This document shows, in pieces, positions 17,801 to 29,800 of a DNA stretch of 64,000 nt. The position numbers were made by a program, and so were the translations under genes. Where the stretch lies: assembly GCA_002633005.1 (NCBI GenBank), contig NMRA01000035.1, forward strand, positions 476,863-540,862, given 5' to 3'. Positions within the stretch are counted from its first letter, which is position 1, and every line of letters begins with the position of its first letter. The notes below the pieces were generated by a model. It had not been told where the DNA came from, did not search any database, and saw only the letters and a list, made by a program, of their open reading frames with translations. The stretch is from Phoronis australis. Taxonomy: Eukaryota > Animalia > Phoronida.

Positions 17801-20800
17801 TGATTACTTTTGCTTGTAGTTAGATGTTGAGTTGCTCTAGCTGGCACTAGCTTGTGTGTGAACTGGACATACTCGCAAGGTACTGGCTTTACTGTATGTA
17901 ATCTAGGGATTTGAAATTTGAGAATGAAGATACGGCTCAAGGTTTTGATGTTTTTTACAAAAAGTTGGATATTAATATTACAAGGTTGAATAAATTCTTA
18001 AGTTTCCAAGAAGAGACTTTCATGGTCCAGCTGTGCCCAGGTGCTTGGGATGTTTTTTGCTTTTCTGGTATTGCCTATTGCTGTCATCCAAAAGTTGATC
18101 TCGGTGTGCTCAGATACATTGTGAAATCAATCGGTTTACCATTGATGCACCTACAGTCTTCTCAAAGGGTTTAAAACTCATTAACTTTTATGATTTTTTG
18201 TATAAATTTATTTAAACTAAAACGCCATACTAGTTTCTTTCTAATTTTTATACAGGGCGAAATCGCATTTGGCGACCTGGCATCAAACACTTTTGGGTGA
18301 TATCTACCTTTTCTCCCCAACAGGTGGCTACTTATCTGTGTGAACAATTTTACGACAGAAATTACAGCATAAGACAAAGGCTTGATATGTTACAGGTAAA
18401 TCAGCTTTTAATCAATTGCTTTCATGTCATTGTGAGTAAGAGCCCTTTAAGTTATACTCGGCTGTGTGCTGCTTCAGAGGATCAAAAATGACCAACTTCA
18501 AGGTAACATAAAACAATAACAAAGCAGGTTATTAAGTCAGAAAGTAACACCCATGAGCTCCTTTCCATCCGTATTATAACTATAGAAAACAAGAAGTTAT
18601 AATTTGCCTTTCACGAATTGATTTTTATGTTTGTCACAAACTTCAAAGCAGCTAAACTTCAACATTACTTTGCCATAATGGGAAATACAATGTCCAAGGT
18701 AATAGTGTCGTTATTGAAGCTGCAATTGATATATCTTCAATAAAAAAGATTCTGGTTCTCCTTGAGTATTTTAAATATGTGTACTTATTACATGGTTCCA
18801 GTAAATATTTGTGTATTTGTTTAATTTAAAAGTGTAATTATGTTTTTTTCAAAAAGCTTCTTAGTCAAAGAAAAATAAAATATTGAAAGAAAGCTTCAAA
18901 ATACATAGATTTGAATACATAGATTAGCAAATGTTTCATGTGAAATCACACTCCCCGAAGACACAAATTTTTAATCGGGTTCAAAGCCACAAGTCATCTG
19001 TGATGTCACCGGATGTTTACGAGCCGACAAACATTCCACCGTGCATTTGAAAGACAATGGTTGCAGCTCTGTAGATGAATTCCCGGAATTTTCTATGTGC
19101 TTGGTTTCTCTTAGGTGTTATCTGCCGCTGCTCAAGAACTTTCTCAGCCCCACAGTGACAGCCAACCAAAAGCTAGTTTGAAACAAAACCATACAACACA
19201 TGCTGAGCAACCCACACATTGGAGACAAATTGTTGAGGAGAGAATTGAGAAAAAGACTAGACGCTTCGTGAAGGGACCCACTAAGTCACCTCCAGTTGCA
19301 GTAGAGAGTCGGTTTGCTTCAGTTGCTGGTTACTTCTTTTTCCCTCTGTTGAAGAATTTTGATAGGTGAGTAATAAGTACTATGTGTTTAGTCTGGTGTA
19401 AATTATTGAGACATTACTTTACAGTAGACTATGGAAAGTCATTCAGTGAATGCAAAATGAAGCCTAACCATGCAAATGGAGAGATACATATCATTTCCAG
19501 CCAACTGGTGGCCTTAGTGAATGGTATCCAACAAATCTCAGGTTGTGAAAAGGTCAGTGGAATTCAAATTTTCTGTCACAACATAAGGACAAAATTAATT
19601 TTACTTCTCATTGTTGTCTGTACTGTTATTAAACAACACCAAATTCATGTAAATTAGGAACATTTGCCATATTATGGCAGTACGCTTTAAAAAAAAATGG
19701 AAGAGAGAAATTTTGGGACTATAAAGATAACAGAGTTTGCATTTTTGAGTAGTTTTTAATGTTTATACCATCTTAGTTGTGGATTGATTCCTTTTTGCGA
19801 AAAAATGATAAGAAATTGATTTGAAAATTGCGAAGTTGTCATTTTGATCCCCTCTCTGAAAATCCCTTACCCTATACCTCTGCGCATCACACTTGATTGG
19901 TAGCTAACTAAAGAACCCCCACACTACAACAAAAAGAACCGTTGTCTCGTTGAGCAATATTTGCCCATATTGCTTCGATGGGATGGACATGGGGTAACTA
20001 TGGATGTGGTTCAATTAAAAGTCAAGCCAAGGGAGACAAGTTCCGATTTTTGACAACGTAAAAACTTATTAAGTGGATAACTATTTCAAAGCATGAAGTT
20101 ATGATGAAGTGTTCAGCAAGTGGCGTAGTTCTGTTAGTATTCCCGACATTTGGCTCAGCAATACATGGAATATTTCACCATGTTGTAAACTAGATAAGTT
20201 TGCTATTTTACAGTGAAACCTACTCTCTGGTATCTTGTAGTAAAAGTGGAGCATTATGAGCTCAGACTTTAAATGGTTGCTATTGAAAGTTGACCAAATG
20301 TAGCTTGGGATGACTGAGCAAAACTTAACGTCCATTCTTTTCATGTGCGATATTTTGTTTGTCTTAAATATCAAAGACAAAGTACAATACAGTAAGCTAC
20401 AATGCATTCATGCTGACCTGTGTAATTGTTGATGAGTAGAAAACAAATAGTGAAATGATTTTTGGGCATTTTGAAAATAAATAACTGACGAACGCTTCTC
20501 TTGGCTTTTCTTTTTAAGTTTTGAGTCATGCCAACACACATGGGTTTTTGCACTTTTTAACTATCAGTGTTTCTACCTCCCTTACAGGAGGTTTGTGTGC
20601 ACACTGTCTCTAGTATTGCCATGCCTCACATGTCAGTCAACAGTCTTGACAAGTAATAGCGCCTTCTAGTTGCTCAGAACATATGCTTGAACTTTTACCT
20701 AGTTGTCTTGCACTTGGATACGTTGGTCTAGGGCCAAGCCCCTGTTACAAAAATGTTATGTAATCTTGTCGAGTTCACGAACCTAAACATGTAGGTGTCC

Positions 20801-23800
20801 CGGCATCTTGCTATTAGCCAGGTGTACCCAACCTGGACTCACAGCTAGTGTGGCTATTTTGTTAGGACACGCCTGTCTTTCTGTCTTGTTCTGTCTGTTA
20901 TGTGCTTATCAGAGAAATTATGCATGTTCCAAAATAATATGATTGTGTCAACACTGAAGGAAGATGATGGAATAGATACGTTTTTTAAATCAACCTAATT
21001 TTCAGATAAAATCCACATAGATGGGGTCCCATTAATTTGGCAACATTTTTTAAATGCAACTTTCAGTTTGACCATGGTTTGTATATGTACCTGTGATGTT
21101 TTTTCACCAAGAAATATCGACTGATTTGGTTTATCCATTTGTATTGTATTGTGTAATTTTCACAATTAGTCATATTTTTCTTTAAATTGCTCAATTTAAA
21201 GAGCCATAAGCCAGTGTTCTGTCTCAGAAGTGTACTTTTGATTTAACCCACTTATTCTCATAAAATGAGTTTGCCAAGAATTGACAGTTTGTTACTCCTT
21301 TCAAAAGACTATGCTTGGCGCTTAAAATGTCATGCCGTGAAAAGTCAACTTGTAAAGTGATACTAAACAGTGATTTCGTTTGAAGTCCTGAAATCACCTC
21401 CAAATTTGTTTGACTGAGGGGCGATTTATGATCAGTTTTTGTGATCTAAATCAAAAGTTGATTTTTGTGACATCAGGCAGGTTCATAGTTGTTGTATGTG
21501 GCTTTTGGGGTGAACTGTGGCATGTTGAGGCTGCCTGCAGCGAGAGGACAGTAAGAGTCCTCAGTTTTATATGATCTGTCACGGCTGATTCATAAAAGTC
21601 TCTATTGAAACCAGCTTGAATTTTCACATAATAGAAGAATCTAAGTGTCAAGACATTTATTTCTTTCCACAATCTTATGCAGCCTTTGATACTTTAACTG
21701 CAACTTTCCAGTTGTCAAACCAGAACTTTTTCTGGTGATCCCATCTTGCCAGTAAGAAAATAACCTTTTTTATTCTCGACGGGCTGAACACCTCTGTCAT
21801 TTGCGTTGATCCATTGGGCTCGGAAAAGCTTGTTATTTTAATGTCTGTCTGTCGGCGTAAGATTCCCAGCACGTGGACGTCGTCGACCCAGAGATATGGA
21901 AAATATAAAGAGATCTTAAAAAGAGATTGTGTAACGTCTGGTGTAGTTATGTATGCGAATCCTTCGCAATAATCAGGATATTTGTCCTCGGGGTACAGCT
22001 GTCGTGGCATGTACCACTTACTTCCTGGGAACCTGTGTGGCACGTTTGCTTTAAACAGGCGGCCATAAATGAGTTTTTTCACAACGTTCTCTTTCATTTT
22101 TTGCTTGAGAAAGTTGGTCAGGTGATAGATGTCAATCAGGACATCGTCGTCCACTTTAACGACATATTTCACTTTATTGCAAAATGTGTTAATCCATTTA
22201 TAACCCATCAGGTGTTTGTACGTCATATTGCGGTAGTGATCGATGAAGTCTTCCTGAATAATATCATGATGCTGATTGTCTTCCTGAACTATTTTGTCCT
22301 GTATTGTTTTGTTCAACGTCTTGGCAATCATGAAAGCCGTCCTATAGTTCATACCATTATAGCTGTATACGGAGGCCCATGTTTTCCGAATGTCGTCCCT
22401 TTTTTGAAAATTATACGTTGCTGTGTGTACAACTACGATAACAGTTACGTTGTTTACTGTACACATGTGTGGGTTGTTTATTATGTAGTTGAAGTTATGG
22501 GGACTTATCACATGTTTGCTCATTTTTAAGTAATTAACGGTTGTTGTTGTCCTGGTGGGGTGCGCTCCGTCCAACTTGATGTGTTTTGGGTCCTTCGTTT
22601 CCTTTGTAGGCGGCTTGAGAGTGCTAGCTTTTGCACGAGATTCCTTTGATTTATACATAGTCTTGTGTTCCTGTGCAGGTTTCTTTTGTGTTGTTGTCAC
22701 CCTTTGGTTTTGATATGTGGCTACTGGCGATTTATTCCTGATTGCCGAGTTCTTCTTTGCATGAGATTCAGCTTCCCTTGGTGGTGTGGCATCAGCCGGT
22801 AGAATCGCCAAGTCACTTTTATTGATGGTTTTCTCCACTCTGCGCCTGTCCGATTGGTGGAGTATAACGCCTTGATACGTTTCATGGCTGTAGTTGGAGA
22901 TGAGGTATATCACACATGAACCAACAATTAATGAAAGTAAACATGCGATGTACTTCTCTCTGGTCTTCATCTTGGACATCTGTAATGCATGAGTTTAAAA
23001 TTATGTTAGAAATTTAAAACAGTGCAAAAATGTGGAATTGTTACAATTGTTACTTAATTGAAGGGCGTCGTGTTCTTCTGCTGGTATTTTTATTTGCTGC
23101 TTTAAGTCATTCACTGCAAATTTTTGGGTTTTCAATGTTACCAGTTTTTTAATGCCATCGTGCATGGTATAAATCATTTTAGTCAAGACACAAATCCCTG
23201 GATTTTCAACTAGTTATCCCACACCCTCATAAATATTAAATGTTAATATTTATTAAGCGTTATGTGTTTCATAAGGCAAAACATTTTCATGCTTTGATGG
23301 GACATGGGACAAAGCTTCAAAATCGGTACGTTGCCACCAAATGTAGGACAGTTGACAACAACAGTACTAAAAATATTTAGACAAAATGTCCTGGAATCTC
23401 TCATAAAGAATTGATGACTTGGCAGAATTCAAGTTTGTTGTTAAAGTAGACATCCCTTATGACTGAAAAAGGGGGAATTGACAGAAAAATTACTCAGGTG
23501 GCTAAATGAACTTGCACCTTTCAACTAATTTGGTTCTTTACTAAATCAAACAGTATAATATTTACGGTAATCATATTATTGACATGTATTTTAGTTGCAT
23601 GTAGCTGTGATGCAGGGGCAGGAGTGTAGCCTCTAACAGAAGCTGAAGATTTGAATGTGCCTTGATTGTTTTTTTAAGTATTGTTGTTATTGAAAATGCA
23701 CTTTTACTTGGATTAAGCATATCTAGACTCTGTAACTTACGGTCACCTAATACTAAAATGTTTGAAGGCACCATGAGGGATTTTTTTATACCAGTCCTAT

Positions 23801-26800
23801 GGAAAAATTTGTTATTTTCTAATTAGCTTGCCTCTCATCACAGACAATGGGTACACTTGTGCCAGTTTTGACTGAATCTCCAATTTTATGGTTGGCCAAG
23901 CCCTACTCTGAAGTATTTTCTTGGGTCGTTGATGGTTTTGATGGTTTTGCTGGTAACCGAAAAGAATCCTATGTTGACACCCTTACCAGTTGAGATTGGG
24001 ACCAACTCGACCGGTTTGCATACCTCGAAATTTTCCAGCATTGATCAAAGACACCATGCTGTTGTAATTAGGTATATTGTCTGGGCTTGCTGTTGTTATT
24101 ATCCTCTAGAGAATCAGATCCATCATAAACGCGGGGGGCGACAATAATATATTTTCGTTTTGAAAGTTTTTATTAGTATATATGAATAGTTTGTGAAAAG
24201 TGCACGCATAAGGTTTTTGAATTTTGAACATTGGACAATAAATGTTGCCATATCCTGTTCCTCAGTAATTCTACTATGTGTGTAATAAAATTGTTCCAAT
24301 TACCAAAACACCATGCAGTGTTGGATTTTGAGGTAAGCCAAATGTCATCGCACAATTCTTGACGTGGGTGAAGAATATTACGAGACCAATTTTTGTGGGC
24401 TAAAAGGCCTAATTTGATTTTCATTTTAGCCAGCTAAACAGGGCGAATAGCAAATTTAATTTTTGCATGTGAAATGGCTTCCAATATGCATTTCTTGAGC
24501 TGTTAACCCAATTTAGTCATAAGTGCATCGTTAACAATCAATAAGCTGACAATGAAAATACAGTCCGTGAACACTACCTTCATAGTGAGATCGAGAGTGA
24601 AAATGTCCAATATTCTCAACGATGCACTTCTTCAACTTTCTTTGCTTAAGAATAATGTCACAGCTTGTTCTGCCTATCGTTGCTTTCAAACAACTTCCAG
24701 TGATTGAACAAGTTCACAGTGTTATGTCAGTTCTTTTTTTACCAATAGTTGTACGTCAGCAACCAACAGCTGTCTTATGCAAATGCAAACAGAATCTGAA
24801 AAGGTGTACGAATTTCAAAAGCATATGGATAGTGCCCGACTGACACGTTGGCTGTGCTAGAATCTCACCAGTCTAGAACACAATAGGGACGAAATTTATG
24901 TTCTCACGTAACATCAATGTAATACTTTACCATTGTTGATCTGTACTACAGTTACCAGCAGGAAATATTTTGAAAAATGTGGGCATTCACAATAATAGAA
25001 GACCTTGCAAAACGAAAAGGGTAATTTCGACAATTAATTTTGTCTGAACAAGTGGCGATTTTTACCGTTAGTGGTTGGTTTCTTAATTGTAAGACTATAA
25101 ACAATACCCTGCTCAGCGGTGCTACAAAGAGTGGTGTCACATCACTTTGCTTAGATGATGCCCATTTGACCATTCCACAGCAGCACATTGTCTCCGTCTG
25201 ATGTACATAAAGCAAGCTTAACTCCCATGTGTGTAAAACTGTTGGATGTGTGTTGTAAGTATACCTGGCCTGAATTAAGTCTTACCTGAAGAACTGTGTA
25301 AACACAACAATCATGTAAACATTTCTGTGGTTGTGCCCCTAATTCCATTGAGTGTAATCCTGATTACCATCATGGTTGTCTGGGAGTATCCTCGTATTCT
25401 GTGCACCAGTACTTTCAGTCTTGTCTACCTCTGTCACAACTAGGCTTGTCTGCATTTGTGAGGTACCCCATTGTATAGTTGACCCAGGTCATAAGCAAGT
25501 CATGTTCATTATTTATTAAGGTAGAGTTAACAACAATGCTCACATAGGTGGGGTTTGTGTATTGAAACATGGAGCATTCCATTGCGTGGGAGGGGTTAGG
25601 TTAGTTGAGATGGGTTGGGTGAGGTTTGTGGTTTAGGTGATGTCAGCTCTCAGTATATCAATATAAATTGTAAATTGTTATTTATGAAAAATAAGTCTTT
25701 TAATATAGTCATTGGAATTTTTGGGTCCACATTAATTAATCATTATACATATTGATATTACTTGCAATGAAATAGTTTGTAATGATGTGCCAATGATGGA
25801 TTACAATATTGAAAAATAATCAATTATCGCCCATCACTATTTCACATGTTCAAAATCAGTCATGTGTGGGATGTCCTGTCACGGCTTTCACTACAAGAAC
25901 TTGCATTTTGAGAGTCACATTCTTGGACTAAAAGGCATGGGCAACATTCATGTAAAACAATATATCCGCAGATGACGTTTATGGCAATCTTTGTGTAAGA
26001 TCACGATCAGGGGAAGACGTGACTACAAAAATTAATGCCCTTGCTATATTATTGCTAGCATTGGTTTTGTACATCTAATACTTTTCATTGATCATAAAGA
26101 ATTGTTACGTGGGTTGAAAATTATTACATAAAAACATGTTTGGAAACTTTGAAGTTGGTAGCACAAGTGGTTATTAGGAGTGGGACGATACTCAGTTTTA
26201 GGAATATGGTGGGATTCTTCTTCGGAAGAATTTGGTTGTTTTTATTTGATTCTCGTTTGTGAAATTGAATTTCATTTCTCTCGAATACTTAAGTTACCAC
26301 ATGTACCAATTTTGCCATCAAAATTGTAAAATGTGATAACGTTACACCTAATGAATAATTTTGAGTCATTTAGTTAATATCTCAATAAATCTCCTCAAAA
26401 GGAAGAAACTAAGTCATAACTTGGTACGTACATTAAAGCTGAGACTCGAATCATAAGTGGACTTTGGCACATCGATATCCGATGTCAGTTGCTCCTACGT
26501 CAAGATCCGATTACTATTCTATTAATCATAGTTCTCCTGTTGTAGTTACCAAAAAATTCCAATTACCAGTTATATGTAATCAATTATCTGTTGCTCACTG
26601 TCTGATCATTGATTGTGCAAATCTGTCCAATTCTGATCACCTTTTAATCGGACTTCCTTATACACTTGTAACAAGTTAGATAATTCAAGTGCAACATGTT
26701 TTATTGCAGTCTGTGCTGCCAGAGCAAACAAATCTCTGACGTAAGTTATGCTCATGGAATACAGTATAACAGCTACGTTCCAAAGTACGCAGCGCCATCT

Positions 26801-29800
26801 ATGATCCTGTACTTTTTGCCCACAGTGCTGTGTACTAGTAGGGCACACAAGCCACATCTGTACATTGCTGCCTTGCTAGTTATTTTTACAGCTTAATTAT
26901 TTTTTACTTTCATTGTTCTAATGCTCGTACAGGTTTACTTTTGCAGTGTGATTTACAGTGCTTACGCCAGTGATAGATGGTTCTTTTAACTTATTCATCT
27001 CTTATACCTTAAGTTTTCATTTTTGTTACCTCTGCGAAAGAATTAAACGAATTCAATTTGATTTTTTCCATACTCATCCCGGTTCACTCATGTTGAGCTA
27101 CCTGGAAACCCCCTATTTTCCAAATATTCACATTCAAATGTCCTGTCAGGACTTCTTGTTGGTTAAACGAGCATAATTTCAAATATAAATAGGTAAATAT
27201 AACAACAAGAATGGATCAACTGAAATTTTCGGTTATAATAATGTCCTTTGTCAACAGAAACAGAAATAAAGTAAAATCATATAGTTTTTGATTTTACTTT
27301 ATTTCTGTTTCTGTTGACAAAAGATGTTATTACATCCGAAAATTTCAGTTGATTCATTCTTGTTGTTTTATTTACCTATTTATATTCTACATTTCGTGAA
27401 ACAATAGTATCCTTGGGAGGATCTGGATCGCCTTATTTAGTTTCATATTTATTTTCTACATAATTTCAAAGTATTGTTTATTGTAGTTTTTGTAATGTAA
27501 GCAGTTAATTTGTTGCTACTCATATTTACAAGCTTCAGCACGTTGTCGGAATTTCCTGAATCAGGCTGTCGAGATTTAAAGCTGATAAGTTTGTCCCTCT
27601 TAGCTGTCGCATTTGACATTTCATGGCACCTTGTACTTCATCAACAGGTGTGTAAGTACGGCTGTTGTTAACAGGAACTAACAGTGGTAGATAACTGACC
27701 TGTGAGATGTGATGCTAGACAAGTAGTGCGGGGAATGCTTGACAATTAAAGGTCTGCAGTCATTTGGCATCTGGATTTAGCCCTGCTTTAAGAACCAATG
27801 CTGTCTAGAGTTGAAATCAAATGACTGGGGAATTGTAGTGATTGTTGAATTTTTAACTGAATAACTGATGCACTTTGAGTGTTAAAATCATTACTCATCC
27901 AATCTTGAATTATTGTCGAACGAGTTGGCCACTCCTCACAGGCAATGTGTACATATTGTGTGAACCCACCCCTGCTCAGGAATAAGGGGTCGCTGATGGT
28001 TTTGATGTTTTTGCTGGTGTTGTAAATATAGAATCCTATCACGGTAAAGCATATTATGTGGCCAGCTTTTGTAGGGTAAAAGGCTTAATTTGATTTTCGT
28101 TTTTAACCAGCTAATGGTGAATTGCAACTTAAATTTTTGCATTTGAAGTGGTTTCCATACATGGCACTTCTCACTGTTCACCCAATTTAACCTCATATAG
28201 GTATACATCCACCCTGACTTTTCAGTAAGTTTGCTTTAACCATGCCTGGCTTAATCCCAGCCTTGTTCATGTTTTTCACCCTAGCTCAGGGTGTTTATAT
28301 TTACTCAGACAAGTAGGATACTAGATATCTTAGTCAACTGTCTTTTTCCAGTTGCTCTGATTTACAAAAGCAAAACATGCCATATTGTATGCTGACTGGA
28401 GATTCTTGTAATCTTTTGGTCAAGAATTTACAGATGTTCGAATCATTAGAACGTTACATTGAATTAAATTTTATTTTTTTGCTAAAATTGTTCAAGGGGT
28501 ACATTGGTGGAAATGTAGCTGTATCCCTATATATTGTAAAGACTCTTCAACTTAGGAGCGATCACACAGTATGGGCAAAAAGTGGAGGTTTATTTTGGGA
28601 AATAATGTAATGGGAAATTTCAATACCACTTAGTTTTGCAGCTCTGTACATCATGTTGGTCTTACAGGCGAGAGAACACCCTGGATTTACTGGGAAATGA
28701 CTGCCTTGTTCTTGAGAGACTACTCTACACTGTTGGTATGGTTCTTCATTGTGCCCTCAACTCAATGGTAAATTCATTGCATTTTCACTAACTCACAAAT
28801 ACCTTTTTGTCTGATTTTTCTCAAACTTTATATGTAGCTTACTTTGTTTTGTTAAGTTCGATGAAGTCCTGCAAAGTGGCATATTTAAGATGACTAAAAA
28901 TTAAAAATTTCAAACTTTAATTGTATATTTTACTATCATACATCCTTTGTCTGGGCTACATTGTTGTTAGTGGCTTCACTTTTTAAAATTGTTTTATTGT
29001 TGTTCTGAGAGCCCTCGCTCGCCTGAGGGGAATGGTGACTCCACTTTCTGAAAGGGAATTTCTTTGCCCACCATCTCCTGTTCACCACCAGTTCCACCTC
29101 ACTCGCCACCCCTCATTGGCAATTCCTCAAGTTGCCAAAGCATTTTCCAAAAATGATTCTAACCTTGAGAGCAGTTTTTTCATCCGATCAGTGAAAGAGA
29201 ATTTTGGGGTCTGATGAGGGTAATTTCACTAGATTTCGAAATGTATTTCAGATGTGAATGGCCGGGGTTGATATTTGGCTCCAAAATCGAAGCATTAATG
29301 TCCGTCACGATGTGGTTGCGTGTGGCAACCCTTTGACATTCTCCTCTGTATTATGGTGGGCATTGTTTTATTTTCAGATCTCTAAGCACATGGGGAAAAC
29401 AATGCTGGACTTCATTTGGGTGTTGCGTTACCACGTTGATGTGTAAGTGACTTATTGTTGTTTTTATCCACAACTTGTAGATGCTATTCCTCCCCCTTTT
29501 CTGTTAAAGAAACTCAATTGAAAATTCTGGACAGTGAAAATTTAACTATTTTGTTCAAGGTCAGAGCTTCTCTCAAATTCTGGTAATAGGCAATATTGGC
29601 CTACCCACTCTGTAGATTGAAAGCACGTTGTTGGAAATTTGAGAAATATGTTGTACGCCAAATCGTTCTTGTCTCAAATTCCAGAATCAAGAAAATTTAA
29701 TTTTTGTTAGATTTTATAAGTCTCAAATGGGAGAATTTTTCCGTAAGTTTTGATTTGCACTGCTTTCCATAATAACACCGGTCTCAACTTATTCTAACTC

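Noticed and set aside
21927-22529. 200-aa plus-strand ORF
   Set aside because: Antisense shadow of the GT31 gene with no recognisable motifs.
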